Assembly: GCA_964585475.1 (NCBI GenBank)
Contig: CAZPDF010000005.1
Span: 3,323 to 67,322, forward strand
DNA length: 64,000 bases
Source: an uncultured Candidatus Saccharibacteria bacterium
Lineage (GTDB): Bacteria; Patescibacteriota; Minisyncoccia; Sungbacterales; HO2-52-23
Reading direction: 5' to 3'
Made by a program: the position numbers and the translations under genes. This document shows positions 9,374 to 17,745 of this stretch, piece after piece (positions within the stretch are counted from its first letter, which is position 1; each line of letters begins with the position of its first letter). The notes under the pieces were generated by a model. That model had not been told where the DNA came from and did not search any database. It saw only the letters and a list, made by a program, of their open reading frames with translations.

Positions 9374-9480
9374 ACCCCGTTAGAGATGCGGAATGGAGTA
9401 ACACCGGTTATATGCATGTGGCTGCAGAGCGACTCTTATCCCTTACTTCAATCTGGAATAAATCTCTAACGGGGTTGACC
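9374..9480. repeat. ~107-bp inverted-repeat element with termini gaccccgttagagat / atctctaacggggttgacc
   Basis: Seen directly. It belongs to a CCCCGTTA-terminated IR family also present at 21274, 25126 and 58607. Confidence 0.7.
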
Positions 9481-9517
9481 GCCTTTTTAATTTTTGCGAT
9501 AATTGAACTAACAATTT

Positions 9518-10747
9518 ATGTCAGAGTTTGATTGGAGGCGTTACACCAAGGCCATAAGCATACTCGTCGCCCTGCTCCTTCTTGGAGCGAGTTTTTTTGG
9601 AGGGGTGTATTTTGGATATCAGAATCGCCCGGCGGTGGAGAAGGTTTTGAGCGTCGCGGGTCAAAATCCGCCTCCGCAGTTCCAGGATGTTGATTTTAAC
9701 CTTTTCTGGGACGTATGGTCACGACTTGAGCAAAAATACGTTGATAAGTCAAAAATAGACCGCCAAAACATGGTTTACGGCGCCGTATCCGGCCTGGTCA
9801 AATCGCTTAAAGACCCCTATAGCGAATTTTTGCCGCCCGCGGAAACAAAACAGTTTCAGGAGGATGTGAGGGGTTCATTTGAGGGCATTGGTGCCGAGAT
9901 CGGGATGCGCAAGGGGATTCTTACGATTGTTGCTCCCTTAAAAGATAGTCCTGCGGAAAGAGCAGGTATCAAGGCCGGGGATAAAGTGCTCAAAATTGAC
10001 GATACGGTGACTGCTGATCTTATGCTGGATGAGGCCGTGCGTCTGATCCGGGGCCTAAAAGGGACAGAGGTGCGGCTTACCATTATCCGAGATTCATTTG
10101 ATAAAACGCAGGAATTCAAGATAATCCGCGATACCATCCGGGTGAAGGTTTTAACAACCGAAACCCGGCCGGAAGGGATATTTATAATAAAGCTGAATCA
10201 TTTTACGGAAAACGCCGCTTTTGAATTCCGCAAAGCGGTTCAGGAATTTTTTAGATCAGATTCCAAAAAAATAGTGCTGGATGTTCGCAATAACCCTGGT
10301 GGATTTTTGCTGGTTTCCGTGGATATCGCGAGTTGGTTCCTGCCGCCTGGAGAAACGGTGGCGCGCGAACGTTTTGCCGATGGCAGTGAGGATATGTACC
10401 GTTCCAGCGGCTATCGCTTGCTTGAAAAAGTCCCCATGGTGGTTTTGATAAACGAGGGGTCGGCGTCCGCATCCGAAATTTTGGCAGGGGCCTTGCGCGA
10501 TACAAAGGGGGTGAAACTCGTAGGGATGAAAACTTTCGGAAAAGGATCGGTGCAGGAGGTTCAGCCGCTTCCGGACGGTGCTTCGCTAAAACTTACCATT
10601 GCTAAGTGGCTGACTCCTAAGGGCGAGGAAATTAATGGAATTGGGCTTGAGCCGGATGTGAAAGTGGAATTGCCTCCGGCCGAGGAGCAGGACCCGAAAA
10701 TAGATCCGGTTTTGGAGAAAGGGATTGAGGTGCTGAAAGGATTATAG
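9518..10747 (+). CDS. ctpA: carboxyl-terminal processing protease (S41 family)
   Basis: N-terminal TM, a PDZ domain (GIKAGDKVLKIDD), NNPGG, and the LINEGSASASEILAGALRD catalytic Ser region. Confidence 0.85.
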   Translation: MSEFDWRRYTKAISILVALLLLGASFFGGVYFGYQNRPAVEKVLSVAGQNPPPQFQDVDFNLFWDVWSRLEQKYVDKSKIDRQNMVYGAVSGLVKSLKDPYSEFLPPAETKQFQEDVRGSFEGIGAEIGMRKGILTIVAPLKDSPAERAGIKAGDKVLKIDDTVTADLMLDEAVRLIRGLKGTEVRLTIIRDSFDKTQEFKIIRDTIRVKVLTTETRPEGIFIIKLNHFTENAAFEFRKAVQEFFRSDSKKIVLDVRNNPGGFLLVSVDIASWFLPPGETVARERFADGSEDMYRSSGYRLLEKVPMVVLINEGSASASEILAGALRDTKGVKLVGMKTFGKGSVQEVQPLPDGASLKLTIAKWLTPKGEEINGIGLEPDVKVELPPAEEQDPKIDPVLEKGIEVLKGL

Positions 10748-10909
10748 TTTACGCTGTGTTTCCCTCGACAATATGATTTTGAAACACGATTCGCTCGTCC
10801 AGCGACTCGCTCACTAAGCATCAGGCGCGGCACTCGCCTTCGGCGAGACCATGCTGCCGCGCCTTCTGATTGTTTCAAAATTATATTGCCTCGACCACAG
10901 CGTAACTAT
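10745..10909. repeat. ~165-bp element with ~40-bp imperfect terminal inverted repeats (tagtttacgctgtg...ttttgaaaca) and nested GC-rich hairpins
   Basis: Arm 1 is 10745-10786 and arm 2 is 10871-10909 (about 85% match). The interior has ggcgcggca...tgccgcgcc and ctcgccttcggcgag hairpins. Confidence 0.7.
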
Positions 10910-10980
10910 TAGTGGTGGTGTGGGGATTGACGAAAATAAAAAAGGCACGCGCTAGGGGCGCATGCCCATGAAGGGTTTTG

Positions 10981-11484
10981 TTAACCGAAGTGCAGTTCCT
11001 CCTCCTGATCTGCTGAAAGGGCCAGCGCGCACTGGAGTCGTTTTTCGTTCAGTGCACGACTGGCGTACAGTCGACCAATGAGTTTCGAAAGCATCAGATG
11101 GCGCAACTGCTTCTCGGAGGTTAGCAGGACAGAGTGCGGATCGTTTCGGCCAGGATCCGTTACCGTAACATCGGAGTTGCACACGATGTGGTGCAGCTCG
11201 ACGAATTTAGGACCTTCCCATGCAACCTCTGCGCTCCACGCTACTTTGAGTCCTTCCGGACCCTCGCAGTGCGGAGCATACGTTGACAGCCGGACGCTGA
11301 ACTGGAGATTGAGTTCTTGCTCCAGTTCATCCAACAGAGCGAGAAGTGTTTCGCGAAACTCCCGGTGTCCGGGATCGTCCCACTGGAAGCGGTGGTTGAA
11401 CTGAACTGTTGCCATTTTTCCCTCCATGCCGCTCATCCTTTGGATTGCGGCTCTGGAATGGGTGAAAGAACGGAATGCCGTCAC
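10981..11484 (-). CDS. hypothetical protein in locally GC-rich (~55%) segment
   Basis: 167-aa ORF with possible internal starts. Composition differs from the flanks. No motif recognised. Confidence 0.35.
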   Translation of the reverse strand: MTAFRSFTHSRAAIQRMSGMEGKMATVQFNHRFQWDDPGHREFRETLLALLDELEQELNLQFSVRLSTYAPHCEGPEGLKVAWSAEVAWEGPKFVELHHIVCNSDVTVTDPGRNDPHSVLLTSEKQLRHLMLSKLIGRLYASRALNEKRLQCALALSADQEEELHFG

Positions 11485-11548
11485 TGACCGTCCGCTATGA
11501 ACCTTCAGACGGCCTATATAAATTACGCAAACTTATTTATAAAGTCAA

Positions 11549-11821
11549 ATGGAGAAGCGGGTAGAAATTAAAGTAACCGGTTCTGTACAAGGAGTTTTCT
11601 TCCGTACAGGTGTTAAGGTAGAGGCAGAACGTTTTGGCCTTACCGGTTGGGCAAGAAACGAGCCCGATGGTTCGGTACGTATTATGGCAGAAGGCGAAGA
11701 AGAGAATTTGCAAAAGTTAGTGGAGTGGTGTAGAAAGGGAACGGAGTATTCCCATGTGGATAAGGTGGAGGTTGAATGGGGAGAGGCAAAAGGGGAGTTT
11801 TATATCTTTGAGGTTAGGTAA
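11549..11821 (+). CDS. acyP: acylphosphatase
   Basis: VTGSVQGVFFR and GWARNEPDGSV acylphosphatase signatures in a 90-aa standalone protein. Confidence 0.8.
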   Translation: MEKRVEIKVTGSVQGVFFRTGVKVEAERFGLTGWARNEPDGSVRIMAEGEEENLQKLVEWCRKGTEYSHVDKVEVEWGEAKGEFYIFEVR

Positions 11822-11826
11822 AATAT

Positions 11827-11906
11827 CTTTACGAATTACGAATAAGTATGAAGGTATGAATAAAAATCCAGATTCGTAAATTCGTAGAAATTCGTATTTC
11901 GTAAAG
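11827..11906. repeat. MITE-like element with TIRs ctttacgaaWtacgaat...aattcgtatttcgtaaag (copy 1)
   Basis: It fills the acyP-rplI spacer and shares both termini with the 32068-32220 copy. Confidence 0.75.
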
Positions 11907-11909
11907 TTC

Positions 11910-12356
11910 ATGAAAATAATTCTTCTCCAAGACATCCCCATATTGGGCAAAAAAAGCGACGTAAGGGACGTGAGCCCCGGCTACGCCCGCAATTTTTTGT
12001 TTCCGCGAGGAATGGCCAAATCAGCAACGGAATTAGCAGTAAAAATGGTTGCAGTGCAGAAAGTCCACGAAGAGCAAGAAAAATCACAAGAATATCAGAA
12101 ATATAAAGCTCTTGTGGATAAATTAAAGTCGCTTGTACTCACTTTTAAAGTTAAACTAGGGACTAAGGGCAGAGCGTTTGGATCGGTAACCGCAGTAAAA
12201 ATTCGAGATGCATTGAAAAAGCAGGGAATTGGAATAGAAAAGGAGTGGGTTCTGCTTGAGGAATTCATTAAGACCGCCGGGGAGCACCAGGTAAAAATAA
12301 AGTTTCCGCACGGCTTAACCGGGGAAGTAAAAATCGTTGTGGAATCGGAGACATGA
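11910..12356 (+). CDS. rplI: 50S ribosomal protein L9
   Basis: MKIILLQDIPILGKKSDVRDVSPGYARNFLFPRG N-terminal signature. Confidence 0.9.
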   Translation: MKIILLQDIPILGKKSDVRDVSPGYARNFLFPRGMAKSATELAVKMVAVQKVHEEQEKSQEYQKYKALVDKLKSLVLTFKVKLGTKGRAFGSVTAVKIRDALKKQGIGIEKEWVLLEEFIKTAGEHQVKIKFPHGLTGEVKIVVESET

Positions 12357-13663
12357 TACTTAAAAATGTAGAAAAGGAAATACTTGCCAAACAGAAAAAG
12401 GGAGAATGGATCCTCCCTTTTTATGATAAATTTTGTCTCTCGAACATTCCGGCAACGATTCTGGATCTTTTTTCTTTGTCTGCCCAGCGCTCGCTTCTTC
12501 CGTTTTTTCCGGAAAAATACCGGAAATTGGCCGGAACCAAACATCTCAAAGTAGTTCTTCTCGTTATTGATGCGTTTGGTTATTATGCGTGGCTTCAAGC
12601 GGCCAAAGAAAAATCATTTTATCGCACCATCACTAAGAAAGGAACGCTCCTGCCTTTAACTTCTGTGTTTCCGTCCACAACCACGGCCGGTATCACTTCG
12701 CTTCAAATAGGGCTCACACCCCAAGAACATGCATTTTTTGAATGGCATCTTTATTTGAGGGAACTCGATGAGGTGATATTGTCACTGCCGTTTTCTCCCA
12801 TAAAGCCCAAAGCCCAGGATAAGCTTTTAGAGCGCGGGGTAGATCCTAAAATTATACTGGAATCGCAGGTGGACCGACACATCATTTATAGAAAATTGCG
12901 CAAGGCAGGAATACCTTCGTATGTATTTGCTTCTGAACCGATCGCCAAGAGTGTCTATACTACACGGATTTTCCAGGGCGGCAGCGTCGTGGCCTATAAG
13001 AGATCGTCGGATCTCGTCGTGGCGTTGCGAAAACATTTAATAAACGCGCGCGGCCGGTCATATTTTTATACTTACTGGGACGGCATTGACGGCATGGTGC
13101 ATAAATATGGCCCCAATACCGAAGAGTATCTGGCGGAGGTGAGAAATTTTTCTGTACTTCTGGAAAGAGAATTGTTGGGGAAATTGCCCCCCAAAATAGC
13201 ACGGGATGTGGTAATTTTAGTTACGGCTGACCACGGACATGTACCTATTAGTCCGGCGAGGACCATTTATCTTAATCAATACCGCTGGCTTGTGAAAAAT
13301 TTTGAAAAGAGCAGGCGCAGAAAACCGATTTTGCCTTGCGGAAATCCTCGCGATATATTTTTGCATATTCAGCCGTCGAAACTGCCGGAAGTAATACGTA
13401 AACTTCACCACGTCCTTCAAGGAAAAGCTAAGGTCATAAGAGTTGAGGATGCTATTAGGGAAGGATTTTTCGGCGTAAACTCGGCAGGCAGAAAATTTAG
13501 AGAGCGCGCAGGGAATCTTTTAATCTTGCCTTCCGGGAATAATTCTATTTGGTACGAGCACATTGCGGGGAAGAAACTGGATCATCTCGGTCACCATGGA
13601 GGACTTTTGAAAGAAGAAATGCTGATTTCTTTGGCTATAGCGCGGCTTTCCGATCTGATATAA
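12353..13663 (+). CDS. alkaline-phosphatase-superfamily metalloenzyme (phosphoglycerate/phosphopentomutase or nucleotide pyrophosphatase-like)
   Basis: VLLVIDAFGY, FPSTTTAG (Ser/Thr nucleophile) and TADHGH metal ligands are present. Confidence 0.55.
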   Translation: MILKNVEKEILAKQKKGEWILPFYDKFCLSNIPATILDLFSLSAQRSLLPFFPEKYRKLAGTKHLKVVLLVIDAFGYYAWLQAAKEKSFYRTITKKGTLLPLTSVFPSTTTAGITSLQIGLTPQEHAFFEWHLYLRELDEVILSLPFSPIKPKAQDKLLERGVDPKIILESQVDRHIIYRKLRKAGIPSYVFASEPIAKSVYTTRIFQGGSVVAYKRSSDLVVALRKHLINARGRSYFYTYWDGIDGMVHKYGPNTEEYLAEVRNFSVLLERELLGKLPPKIARDVVILVTADHGHVPISPARTIYLNQYRWLVKNFEKSRRRKPILPCGNPRDIFLHIQPSKLPEVIRKLHHVLQGKAKVIRVEDAIREGFFGVNSAGRKFRERAGNLLILPSGNNSIWYEHIAGKKLDHLGHHGGLLKEEMLISLAIARLSDLI

Positions 13664-13669
13664 AATAAC

Positions 13670-13710
13670 ACCACATAGTTATTTAGAGTTTAGGGTTTAG
13701 AATTTAGAGT
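13670..13710. repeat. tandem TTTAGA-type repeats (tttagagtttagggtttagaatttagagttt)
   Basis: The same motif recurs at 50048-50075, at 50178-50210, and in-frame at about 16650-16695. Confidence 0.7.
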
Positions 13711-13713
13711 TTT

Positions 13714-15360
13714 ATGTCAAGATACATTTTTGTCTGCGGCGGGGTGATGTCCGGAATCGGAAAAGGAGTGGCTACCGCTTCCATCGGTCGGATTTTAAAA
13801 AGCCGCGGATTCCGGGTTACTGCCGTAAAAATTGATCCTTATTTGAATGTGGATGCAGGCACCATGAACCCCATTGAACACGGGGAAGTTTTTGTTACGG
13901 AAGACGGCATGGAATGCGATCAGGACGTGGGGAATTACGAACGGTTTCTCGGCGAGAATATTCCTAGAGAGAACTATATGACGTCCGGATCGATTTACCA
14001 AACGGTGATTGAGCGGGAGCGGAATTTGGAGTATGACGGGAAGTGTGTGCAGATTGTGCCGCACATCCCGGAAGAAGTTATTAGGAGGCTTGACCGCGCA
14101 AGCAAGAAAGCCAAAGCCGATTTTACGGTGGTAGAGATCGGAGGGACGGTCGGGGAGTACGAGAATATATTATTTCTTGAAGCAGCCCGCATGATGCGTC
14201 TTGCGCGTCCGGGAGAGGTGCTTTTTGTTTTGGTCTCCTACCTGCCTATTCCAAGCATGATTGGCGAGATGAAGACCAAACCGACCCAGCACGCGGTTCG
14301 TGCTATGAACGCTGCGGGGATCCAGCCGGATGTCATTATTGCGCGCTCGGTCGTGCCTATGGACGAGCCGCGGAAGAGAAAATTGGCGGTTTTTTGCAAC
14401 GTATTGGAGGAGGATATAATTTCCGCGCCGGATATTAAGTTCATTTACGAGGTGCCGGTAAATTTTGAAAAGGATGATCTGGGGGATAGGATTTTAATGA
14501 AGCTTGGGTTGCGGGCAAGAAAGCGTGACCTCGGCGAGTGGCGGGAGATGGTCAGGCGCATTAGGCGACTCAAGAAGTCGGTTAAAATAGGCATAGTCGG
14601 AAAATATTTCGGAACGGGCGATTTTATACTTAAGGACTCTTATATTTCGGTGATTGAGGCGGTCAAGCATGCGAGCTGGCATCACGGACGGGCGCCCGAG
14701 ATTCAATGGCTTGATGCGGAAAGTTATGAGAAAAGCGCCAAGGCGCTTGAGGAAATTAAGTCGTTTGACGGCATTATTGTGCCGGGCGGATTTGGGAGTA
14801 GAGGAGTGGAGGGGAAAATCAAAACAATTGAATTTTGCCGCAAAAATAAAATTCCTTTCCTCGGACTTTGCTACGGTTTGCAGCTTGCGGTTATCGAATT
14901 TGCGAGAAACGTCTGTGGACTGCGAGGGGCTCATACCACCGAAGTGAACCCAGAGATAAAATACCCGGTGATTCACACGATGCCGGAACAAATGGTGAAT
15001 ATTCGCGAGAAACATATGGGCGGATCCATGCGGCTCGGGGCATATAAATGTAAATTACGGGAGGGGACTATCGGTTTTCGCGCCTATGGATCAAAGTCAA
15101 TTTCCGAACGGCATCGCCACCGCTATGAAGTTAATAACGAATACCGGCACCGTCTCGAGAAAAAAGGGATGATATTTTCGGGGATTAATCCGGAGCGAAA
15201 CCTTGTAGAAATCGCCGAATTAAAGGATCACCCCTTTTTTCTCGGAACGCAGTTTCATCCAGAATTTAAGTCAAGGCCATTAGAACCTCACCCGGTCTTC
15301 AAAGAGTTTGTTAGGGCCGCAGTAAGCTGCCACAGCAAAAATAACGTACCTCTTAGCTGA
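13714..15360 (+). CDS. pyrG: CTP synthase
   Basis: MSRYIFVCGGVMSGIGKG N-terminus, synthetase domain, and a C-terminal GATase domain with GLCYGLQ. Confidence 0.95.
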   Translation: MSRYIFVCGGVMSGIGKGVATASIGRILKSRGFRVTAVKIDPYLNVDAGTMNPIEHGEVFVTEDGMECDQDVGNYERFLGENIPRENYMTSGSIYQTVIERERNLEYDGKCVQIVPHIPEEVIRRLDRASKKAKADFTVVEIGGTVGEYENILFLEAARMMRLARPGEVLFVLVSYLPIPSMIGEMKTKPTQHAVRAMNAAGIQPDVIIARSVVPMDEPRKRKLAVFCNVLEEDIISAPDIKFIYEVPVNFEKDDLGDRILMKLGLRARKRDLGEWREMVRRIRRLKKSVKIGIVGKYFGTGDFILKDSYISVIEAVKHASWHHGRAPEIQWLDAESYEKSAKALEEIKSFDGIIVPGGFGSRGVEGKIKTIEFCRKNKIPFLGLCYGLQLAVIEFARNVCGLRGAHTTEVNPEIKYPVIHTMPEQMVNIREKHMGGSMRLGAYKCKLREGTIGFRAYGSKSISERHRHRYEVNNEYRHRLEKKGMIFSGINPERNLVEIAELKDHPFFLGTQFHPEFKSRPLEPHPVFKEFVRAAVSCHSKNNVPLS

Positions 15361-15413
15361 AGCTCTCGGGGTATTCTGCCAGAGAATATAAAAACGGGGG
15401 GTGGAAACCCCCT

Positions 15414-15914
15414 TTATTTTTTAGCGCCAGGCGAACCGGATCTTATCAATGGTTTTCGGCATACCGCCCATATAACCAATTCGTATGCCTTGTTATAGTC
15501 TTCCTCGTCCTTTAGTGCAAGTTTAATATGGTTATCCGGATCAATTTCTTTCTCCGCGCCCGGTATGTAAACTATTGCGGCAAAAACATTTAGATTTGAC
15601 TGATCTTGTTCGATCAAGATTTCAGGATCATTTCTCATCCGTTCGACGCCAAAATACTTCCTCAGAAGACTCTTACAAAATTGCTTAAGCTGTTCTTCGG
15701 TTACTCCGGGCCTCCCGATTATAATCAATTTTTTCGGCTCGTAGGTTTCTACTCTTCCGCAGAAAATCCCATTGCACCTTCGTTCATCCGGGACCCAATC
15801 CTCCAGCTTGCTGTCTCTTTCGACTTTATGAAAATCAAAGATAAAAATGCCGCCGCATCCCTCATGTATAGTCGGTTGAGGGGTTCGGCGTGTCTGACCT
15901 TCTTTGGCAGTCAT
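15414..15914 (-). CDS. hypothetical protein
   Basis: 166 aa with several Cys. Not recognised. Confidence 0.3.
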   Translation of the reverse strand: MTAKEGQTRRTPQPTIHEGCGGIFIFDFHKVERDSKLEDWVPDERRCNGIFCGRVETYEPKKLIIIGRPGVTEEQLKQFCKSLLRKYFGVERMRNDPEILIEQDQSNLNVFAAIVYIPGAEKEIDPDNHIKLALKDEEDYNKAYELVIWAVCRKPLIRSGSPGAKK

Positions 15915-15930
15915 TGGCCGATCCCCCGGG

Positions 15931-16209
15931 TCAAGGAGCTACTACATTTACCACCTTAGCATATCGCTTGCTGCCGTCAAAATGCACTTTTCTCTTAGTT
16001 AGAAATTTGACAAAACCCGACTTTAAGGCAAATAATGTGTCATCGCCGCCCCTTTTAACTCCTTGGCCTGGAAAGAATTTTGTACCTCTTTGGCGGATAA
16101 TAATATCGCCGGGTTTTACCCGTTCTCCGTCAAACTTCTTTACGCCTAAGTATTTGGGTTGCGAGTCGCGGCCGTATTTGGCCGCACCTGAAGATTTGGT
16201 ATGTGCCAT
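15931..16209 (-). CDS. rpmA: 50S ribosomal protein L27
   Basis: [28 protein letters not shown] signature. No rplU (L21) is found upstream. Confidence 0.9.
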   Translation of the reverse strand: MAHTKSSGAAKYGRDSQPKYLGVKKFDGERVKPGDIIIRQRGTKFFPGQGVKRGGDDTLFALKSGFVKFLTKRKVHFDGSKRYAKVVNVVAP

Positions 16210-16423
16210 TGTTGCTCGCCATTATGCTTTTTCGACACGACTCGGTCACTCCTGCGGTGACCTCGCTAAGGGTCGGACAAAATTTTCATGCTGCGGTATG
16301 AAACCAAGCAATTTTGTCCTCCCATTGTCTCAAAAGCACAATGCGCTCGCTGTTAGATTTTCTTAGTGTAGACCCCAGGATACTCTTTATATTTATAAGT
16401 TTTTCTCCGCAAAATAGAGAGGG

Positions 16424-16852
16424 GTGCCATACATTATGATTATGCTATACGAATACCTCCAAAAAGTCAAATCCTTTATTTCGGCCAATAAATCCGACCT
16501 CTACGTTGCGGCTATTATCTTTTTGGTCGGCCTTTCCAGTTTCGGCTTGGGGCGCCTTTCGGTTTTGTGGCCCACGAAAGAACCAATTAGAATTGAGAAT
16601 CTAGAATCTGGAGTACAGGATCTAGAAAAATCAACATCTGACGGTAACACCGATAACCCATCATTAAATTCTAAATCCCAAATTCTAAATTCTGGTGGCA
16701 AGTACGTTGCGTCCAAAAACGGCACGGCGTATCATTATCCGTGGTGTTCGGGAGCTTTAAGGATTAAGGAAGAAAATAAAATCTGGTTTGAAACCAAAGA
16801 AGCGGCGGAAAAAGCCGGATATAAGCCGGCAGGGAATTGCGAGGGATTATAG
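16424..16852 (+). CDS. membrane-anchored Ada-like metal-binding domain protein
   Basis: N-terminal TM. The C-terminal YHYPWCSG...IWFETKEAAEKAGYKPAGNC resembles the Ada N-terminal Zn-binding domain. The middle carries in-frame ttctaaat/atctagaa repeats. Confidence 0.45.
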   Translation: MPYIMIMLYEYLQKVKSFISANKSDLYVAAIIFLVGLSSFGLGRLSVLWPTKEPIRIENLESGVQDLEKSTSDGNTDNPSLNSKSQILNSGGKYVASKNGTAYHYPWCSGALRIKEENKIWFETKEAAEKAGYKPAGNCEGL

Positions 16853-16943
16853 CCGTTTTCTAATCAATAGCTTGACCTTTTGTTGGTGATTTGATATATT
16901 CTACTTGTTCATTAAAACCTAAAACATAGTAGGAGGGTGAGAA

Positions 16944-17276
16944 ATGGACGAACTCAGTCGTACTATTATCTTTATGACTGGTAGCCCCATCGTGGTTATG
17001 GCCATTCTATTCGGAATTTTCTTTTGGAAGACCAGAAAAGAAGGGTCCGGAATTAGCGAAAAAAGACTCTGGCAAGTAGTTGTGAAAGGGTATGTCGATC
17101 CACGGAATAACAGTCCCCTGAAAAGTATTTACTGCCACGCAGAAGACGAGGGACAGGTTTGGCGGATATTTGCGAACGAATGGATGGAGGATAGTATCGT
17201 GGCAGTAAGCGAGGTAGCCGCAGTTCCAAAGGATGGCTACTACTGGAATTACTGGGCTCACGCGGGTTCACAGTAG
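16944..17276 (+). CDS. hypothetical small membrane protein
   Basis: 110 aa with an N-terminal TM helix. Confidence 0.3.
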   Translation: MDELSRTIIFMTGSPIVVMAILFGIFFWKTRKEGSGISEKRLWQVVVKGYVDPRNNSPLKSIYCHAEDEGQVWRIFANEWMEDSIVAVSEVAAVPKDGYYWNYWAHAGSQ

Positions 17277-17400
17277 GTATAACTAACATATCAGCCGGAG
17301 AAACAGAATCATCTTCCGGCTATTTTATTTCTTCCTCCGGTTGCTTATATAAGCAGACAGTGCTATTTTTATATTATCTTTCCTGAAAGGATATGCCGAT

Positions 17401-17745
17401 ATGGACCTTGAAAACCTTGTGCAGAGACTGGCATCCAAGATCAGGCCGGGAACTCTTTTAACCATCGTCACGAGTGATCTCGGAGTAAATTTATGCCTTG
17501 ATGATAACGGACATTGGCATGAGTGTTTTAGCACCGTTGATAAAAATCTAGAAAACGACCCGATTGAAACAATCTTAATGATCCTGGTTGCCATGAAGGG
17601 CTATGTCATGCCGAGTCGCAGCAAAGATGTTGATCCTCTTATCTTCCCAAAGCAAATAGAATATTATATAGAATCAAACAAGCAAAAACTGATTGCTGAA
17701 CTGATGACGGCTTTAAATCATGCTGATCAAGCGCTCACTTCTTAA
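17401..17745 (+). CDS. hypothetical protein
   Basis: 114-aa ORF. Nothing recognised. Confidence 0.3.
   Translation: MDLENLVQRLASKIRPGTLLTIVTSDLGVNLCLDDNGHWHECFSTVDKNLENDPIETILMILVAMKGYVMPSRSKDVDPLIFPKQIEYYIESNKQKLIAELMTALNHADQALTS

Noticed and set aside
15931-16423. Missing rplU (L21) upstream of rpmA, possibly a missed small gene
   Set aside because: No ORF of L21-like size or sequence (about 100 aa) exists on the minus strand in 16210-16423. rpmA appears genuinely unlinked to rplU here.
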